Positions 35,687-42,191 of a stretch of 42,191 nucleotides of DNA are shown one piece after another. The notes under the pieces are model-generated. The model did not search any database, had not been told where the DNA came from, and worked only from the letters and a program-made list of their open reading frames with translations. The stretch is from assembly GCA_049999805.1 (NCBI GenBank), contig JBNGIO010006255.1, positions 294,630-336,820 of the forward strand, given 5' to 3'. Source of the stretch: Folioceros fuciformis. Its lineage: Eukaryota. Made by a program: the position numbers and the translations under genes. How positions within the stretch are numbered: the stretch's first letter is position 1; each line of letters starts with the position of its first letter.

Positions 35687-38600
35687 ATGGAGAGGCGGGC
35701 AGGCTCCTTCCCCTTCACCTGCACACTTGGAAGCGAGGATGCTAGTGATTACGTTCGGGAGGCGGATTTGGTGAGGGAGTCGCTTTACGCTCTACAGGGC
35801 ATTCCTGCTGCCGTGAGGAGGCTTGAGATATTGGCGGAAGTTTACCTATCGACGGAAGCTGACAAACGCGCCCTACGTGCTGCGGGGACGATTTGGTCTC
35901 GAACCTCCAGTACAAAGGCTGTGGGGAAGTTGTTGCAGGAATTCGCTGAAGCTGGAAGAGTGCGGTGCTGCTTGGACCTCTTTGCCAATTTCTTCTTGGA
36001 GGAGAAGCCAGCATTCCACACAGGTCTGCAGGTCGGGACAGACGGGAGTCATGGCGGCTTAAGATATGCGAATCACGGCTTGTCCGATTGTGCAAGGAAG
36101 CAGTTGAAGGAGCTGCAAAGGAAGCGTTGGGCTGCGTACCGCCAGGTTAAGCTCGCGTCTTGCGGGCTCGTGAATCAGGCGTTTGCCAAAGCTGTGAAGA
36201 GCATCGCATTGGGGCATAGTGCTGCGCTCGGGACGTTGCTGGACTCGGTTTGCTACCGCAGACTGAGAAGCTTGAATCAGGGATTTGATCCGCGGTTCAA
36301 GAAAGGCAAAGATGGGCCGGTCTCGGACGGTCCGATTGGTCTTAGAGATGTAACTTTATTGGAGCTTTTTCTGCACACCAAGGACCTGAGGAGCCACCTG
36401 CACGCATTAGCGGCCATTTGTTTTTTTCAGAGAGGATCTGATCCCCGATGGACCTCAGACTTTCTGTCTTGCGCACCAAGTTTCTTGGAGACAGCAGATG
36501 GAAGGGCAAGGTCCATTGAGGAATCAGCCTTGATTTTCAGTCAGTGGCACGATTTTCTTTTGCTTGTTCAAGGCTTTCCGAGAGGGGCTGACTTATTATC
36601 TTACCTGCACTCGAGGTTACTGGTAACACACCACTCTGTTTCTATGTTCGCTACCCGGTCACCGCTAATAGTTTCAGCAAGCTAGTGCAGCATTTCTGAT
36701 ACCTTCAGTCAACAAATACCAGCATTGTTATGTGGATTTGATGGTTAAACATTTCAGGATGCAGATTCACGTCAGGCTGAGCTTTTGCGATTCTTATTTG
36801 CACGGGCCTGGGGACCTTATTCCGTGTTCATACGGTCTTGGTTGTACCATGCCACTGTATCAGATCCATACGCTGAGTTTATTGTGGAACCATCAGCACC
36901 TCTGAACAAGCTAGGTCCTGTTCAGGACTATGAACAGACTACGGTGATGAACTGTAAGGTGTGATTCCCATGTTAATCCCCTAGCAAACTGCTTCAATCT
37001 GAGAAACACTGCTTTGCATTATATTCAGCAAGTTCATGCAAGTCTTTTTGCAGGTCCGGGTCGGAGGAACTGTCCCTAGTTTTCTGAAGCAAGTCTGCAA
37101 TCCCATGATTCTCGCTGGGCAACAGCTTCAAGTTCTTTTGAGACTTCCTGAGACTAGAGAATTTGCACGCCAAATACCTGGGTACATGTCTCTGGTGAAT
37201 TCAACAGATGAGGTCAGGGACATGCCAGAAATTGTTTGGGGTGACAAATCATCTCGGTCTTCATCACTCTTGTTTAATAAACAAAGGCTGGATGAGAGTT
37301 TGCACTTGCGGCATGAAAGGAGCCAAGGGATGACCAGACATTTTATGGAGTTGTTTGAAGGTCTCATGCTAAAAGACCAGTCGGGCCAGAAGGATCCAGA
37401 AGAAATGAACACTGAGCAGCGTATGGTATGCAAGTTTGATGTCTGAAAAGCTTTCCATTATTTTGTGCTCTGAGCGTGACTGAACATTTCATTCACTTTC
37501 AAGTTTGTGCAGGTAGAGTCATCAGAAGGTGACGACTTCCATGAAAGCACTCTTGAGTTTCAGTTTGGGCATCCTTCACACCAAGATGAAGCATTATCGT
37601 TTGAATCATTGAGCTCGTAAGATATGTTTCCTTGTTTTACTGTGAGGTTCGTTTGGACTTCCTTTTGCTATTCTATATCATTAACCCATCTTAGCTGTTT
37701 TGCAGGCATTCAGTTTCTCCTTTCATGGGGTCTGAACAAGTCCTCGAATCTAGCCTGGAAGATCTAGGAGTATTATCAGTCAACAGAGGTTCATCCAACA
37801 CTTTTGAAATCGATAGCAACGGCGATGGAATAGGGGTCCCAAAAGGATCCGGGTCAGATAGCTGTGCCACTGCTGTGTTTACCCCGACTGATCAATCGGA
37901 AGTACAATCCATACAGCTTGGATCACAGATAGCTGAGGATGAAAGTGAGGGTGAAGAGCTACCAAGTGAGGTTGCACCTGAGAGAGTGACATTCGGAGTT
38001 CCTGGCTCAGTGCAGGCCATTGACAAAGTTGGGTCGTCTCATCGTGATGACCTCCCAGTGTGGTGCACGGGGATCCAGCACGCAGGCTTGAAGGAGGCAG
38101 GAGATCCACCAATGTTCTCTCAGGAAATCCCCAGGAAGGAAAGAGACGATGGCATGAACAAGTGGACTGTCATGAACTGCGATGGACGTACTGATTCCCA
38201 TTCCAGCAGTGTAGTGATCAGGGGGGCCTTTGGTAGAACTCCTGAATGCAAGATTGGTATGGAGGCTCTTTCGTTGCGACCATCTAGCAGAGCAAGTGAG
38301 ACAGATGTTTCTGACAATGGGAAACTCGTCCCTTTTTATTCCAAGCCTGAGGGTCTCTTAGGTTCCAATGATTCTAGGGGTGTTCGGGAAGTCAATGTCC
38401 TGTGGTGCCACATGACCAGCTACCGGGAAAATGACCAGAATTCTGAATCCTTCATTTCGGATTATCTGAAAGCAGTGTGGCCAAAAGATGAACTTCCTGG
38501 CAATCCTTTCCTTCTCTCTAGACCAGCAAATGGTAGCCAGTTCTATCCCTATAGCCCCATTTCCTTTCCTGAAAGTGAAGATAGTTGGAATATTGATGCA

Positions 38601-41336
38601 AAGATTGCTGACAGTGAGGCATACTCTGGGCGATATTTTGATCAAATCCCAAAAGATCCACTGCGTAGAAGGAAAGTCCTTGCTGAGTTGCCCCTTGGCA
38701 ACCCCTCAGAGTTTTTGTTCTTGCACAAGCATTTGTCACAATCACATGGAAAAGCAATTCGGCCAACCTCATTCGATCTAGGTAGCGACAAGAAAGGTAG
38801 TGGTAAGAATGGATCAAAGATTGAACAGCAGGGACCATTGATTTCTAATGAGTCTGTACGTGATCTTCAGACAAATCAAGCTAGACACCTAAGCACAGTT
38901 TCTGAAATTCCGTCGAAAGCTGCTGGTTTTCTTAGGTTCGAAAATCTGAATGCTCACGTTGCCAAGGCCTTGAAATCGAGGGATTCTGGTCATTTTGGAA
39001 TGTCTCAAGTAGTGGGAACAGGCTTTGACAGAAGTGGCTTGATTCAACGCCAAGGGCATACTGAGACTACTTCCGTTCGTTGGGATTTAAGGAAGGTTTC
39101 TGTGCAACTGACTTCCGCATGCTGGCAGGCATTCCAGGAGCCCGTCATTGAGAAAGGCCTGGAAGACCAGCATCTGAATGACAACGATCTGAAAGGGTCA
39201 CCTGGTCAGTTGGCCATTGGCAACTGTGTGAAAAATATTCCGGGGGATGCTGCCAGTTTGGGAAGTGGTACGAGTCAGATGGGTGTTACTACCAACCAGG
39301 CAGAGGACTGCACTAGGACTGGTGATGGCATCTCTGTGCAGAAGATGAGCATAGGACTGCACCCGACTAGAGTAAGGGAAGAATCCGAACGAGGGTCCTG
39401 GGAAGAGGGCTCAGGAGCACCAAAGGATGATAAAGGAGCTGTAGAAGACCATGAGAAACAAAGGGGCAATGTGGGCGTGGATGTTGAAATTCCCTTTGCA
39501 GTTGTCGTCGAGAAAAGTATCGTTGAGGAGATTATGCTACAGTATCCTGATATGTCCATTATGCCTGACCGTTGAGATAGAGTCGACGTCCCCCTTTGCA
39601 ATGGGTCTTGGTGGGGCTTGAGGTACTTAACGTTTTGTAGATACCAATGTGTAAGCCTCTTCACTGTGAAGGTACTACTGGAAGGATTGCATCTCCGCGA
39701 TCACTATGCTGCACTTCGCCGTTACTTTTTCCTGGAGAAGGCTGACTGGGCAGATAACTTTGTTTCAGCCCTGGCCGAGCATGTAAGTTCATCAACCATG
39801 TCAGCTCCTTACTTTTCCACATCCAGTTCTTCAGTGGCTGCTGTTCTTGTTTACCTCCTTCCCAACTTTGTCCAGACGTGGAGCTCGTTAGGTGGTCGGT
39901 CCAAGCTGCTGCCTCTGCAACGGATGTTGGAAGGTTCACTGCAACGGTCTTCCTGTGAAGGAGATGAGTTTGCTGAAAGGTTGTACATATGCAGCGTTGA
40001 TGCAGCTGAAGACACTAGGGCCCACGCATCTTTAAGTGTCTTTGCTGCGCCTGAAAGTAAGTCACTCCAAGATGGGAATGTCAGTAGTTAGTTCTCTGCA
40101 GATGTGATTAAGATTGATCTTGCAGGTCCTTATTTTGAACCAGCATGTTTACTTTTGCAGGCTTACAAATCTTTGATTCAACAAAGATGGGGTACAGGGT
40201 GGACTGGCCACTGACACTTGTTCTTACTCCTGATTCATTGAAGGAGTATGGTTCTGTGTTCAGTTTTCTGATCCGAATAAAGTCCACAGCGTATACCTTG
40301 TCAAATATTTGGGAGTCTCTGAAGGTGCACATTCCGTAGAAACATGAGTAATTTACCTCAATTTCTTCATAAATGACGTAGCGTGCACTCATACCCTCAT
40401 GTTTATGATGCAGGTTATTGGGCATTACCATAGAGATGGGATATCAAAACATCACCATCAGAGGGACTGTTTCCGCATGCTGAAGCTCTTTAGGTTTGTC
40501 ATTTGGGGATCTAACATGCCAAACGTTCGTCGGTGTATGAGATGGTCTCACTTGGTGATTTTGTCAACAGGTGGCAAGTTTGTCATTTCGTGACATCCCT
40601 ACAGCAGTACCTGGAGTCGAAGCTACTATACGTCGTGTGGAGCAAATTCCAGCAGGCGGCTGAGTATGAGGCATGCTTCCGCTGTTCTTTACAAGCACAA
40701 GCTTTGGCCTAAGATACTAGTGGTTGAATCGGTTGTTAATATCATTGTCCTGTGGACATATATCATTTCAGGGGAAGGATATATATGATCTAGAGGCTCT
40801 ACATCGATCCTACCTGGCGGAGGCGACAAACTGGTACGAATTTCTACCCGTCTCCAATGTGGCAACTTGCGGGACCAGCAGCCTAATGTCTCGATTCTGG
40901 TGTGCTGACAGCTGCTTTCTCTCGAAAAGCATGGCGGTCGTGAGGGGCTCAGTGAACAAAATCCTGCAGTCCGTGTTCGACTTTCAGGTTTACTTGAGGA
41001 TTGCTGTCACAAGTATGGATGACAATGTCCTAAGCGATAAGCTGTACCGCCAGGTAAATACCATCTCCACTCTTTGGTGAGGTGGCAGGCACACGGCAGA
41101 ATGCCGTGCCAAGTGCTCTAACTTACAGTCCCTGCCACGTGCTGCAGGCTTGCCAGCTGAACAACGCATTCCAACAGTCGCTTCGGCACTTGGATTCCTA
41201 CCGCCACAAGGCCGAGTATCGATCCCTATTGGCCGACTTCTGGATGTATCTCGACCATAGCGGTTTTTTGACAACCGCGTGCTCGCAACCCTTGCCTGCA
41301 GCGGGGACAAACCTAGCTTTGTTAACGCCATTGTAG
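35687..41336 (+). CDS. GCP6: Gamma-tubulin complex component, GCP6-type, multi-exon
   Basis: EADLVRESLYALQG, CGLVNQAFAKAV, TLLELFLHTKDLR and FIRSWLYHATVSDPYAEFIV (GRIP1). A ~600-aa low-complexity insert exon follows. GRIP2 motifs are LRDHYAALRRYFFLEKADWADNF, GYRVDWPLTLVLT and DIYDLEALHRSYL. Start is tentative. Confidence 0.88.
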
Positions 41337-41677
41337 AATCTCACATTCTGTGCTTGCGTTCGCTCCCCTTAGGATATGCCACTTTCAGGGTCTACGGTGC
41401 TTCCCAATCTTTTCAGACTCGTTGCAACAGGTGGCCTGTCCCCCCTCCTCCCGCAAGTAACTGATGTGACGTCACACATTTCGCACAGTGGCAAGCAACA
41501 AAGTGTCCCAACCAAAAACCGACTATTGGCACCATGGCAATGGCGGCACCTGTTGGTTGCAACTGGCTCCTAGGTGGAGAGACTATGTATATACTCGTTG
41601 ACCCCGTACACAGCTCCGAGCTCGCAGAACACAGCATTGCCGGGTGTAGAACCGAGACGGAAGCCAAAGATTCAGAT

Positions 41678-42191
41678 ATGAAAGGGCCAACGTTGCTACT
41701 CCTGTGGTTGTGCCTTTGCATGGCTGCAGAACTTGTACCATGCGCGGATGGTCAAAGCAGTGGAGTCACTCCACACCGGGTGTACACAGTCGGCAACCAG
41801 TATGGATGGAGGCGGCCTCCCGCAGACTACCCAGGCCTCCTGCAGCACTGGGCTACCAGATATGAAATTTTGTTCGTCCGCAATGTCATCTTGCGTGAGT
41901 GCCGAACTTGGAATTTGATTTCTTCTTGTCAAGAATCTCGTCTTCCTGCAGGCGCGGCATTACTGATTCCTACACTCTGACGTGACGGTCGGTGTGCATG
42001 TTGGATGTGCAGGATTCGATAACCATGGTGACAACGTGACTGTGGCGTTAGTCCACAATCCTGCAAACCCGACGGATCCGTGCGACACCACTCCCTTGTC
42101 CGTTTTCGACAGCAACACGTACACGAGCCTCCCTATGGATATCACAGTCCCTGTCTGTGGCACGTATCGGGCGCTGAGCACCATCCCGGGG
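41678..42191 (+). CDS. Secreted phytocyanin/cupredoxin-like protein, 3' partial
   Basis: Signal peptide MKGPTLLLLWLCLCMAA, VYTVGNQYGW..QHWATRY..VIL, a phase-1 intron (~41895-42012), then RFD..DPCDT..GTYRALSTIPG running off the window. Confidence 0.65.

Noticed and set aside
37725..39575. 616-aa ORF as an independent gene
   Set aside because: It is the long internal exon of GCP6, spliced in frame to the GRIP2 exons.

Overview
This is a gene-dense stretch of land-plant nuclear DNA with short (mostly ~70-130 nt) spliceosomal introns. The compact layout suggests a seed-free plant such as a hornwort or lycophyte, which is my inference. Most six-frame ORFs are exon fragments or shadow frames. Splicing by hand gives 15 protein-coding genes, in order: SPRY-domain protein (5' partial), ZIFL-type MFS transporter (with a 1-nt frameshift and a 100-N gap), FolD, RAD51D, IPK2, SIRB, STK19-like, HY5, sorbitol dehydrogenase, intronless VIPP1, PRDA1-like, a small coiled-coil protein, GRXS14, GCP6 and a phytocyanin-like protein (3' partial). 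The gene-poor block at ~24.9-31.1 kb holds tandem repeats, a probable decayed MULE transposase, a papain-protease pseudogene and a ~470-bp segmental duplication. I found no CRISPR array, RNA gene or convincing multi-gene system. The most interesting signals concern splicing: a probable AT-AC minor intron in IPK2, a U12-like GT-AG intron in GCP6, GC-AG introns, and a duplicated acceptor in SIRB that would remove its Cys-rich tail. An orphan ORF and a perfect intronic palindrome also merit a look. All family assignments come from recalled motifs, not database searches.
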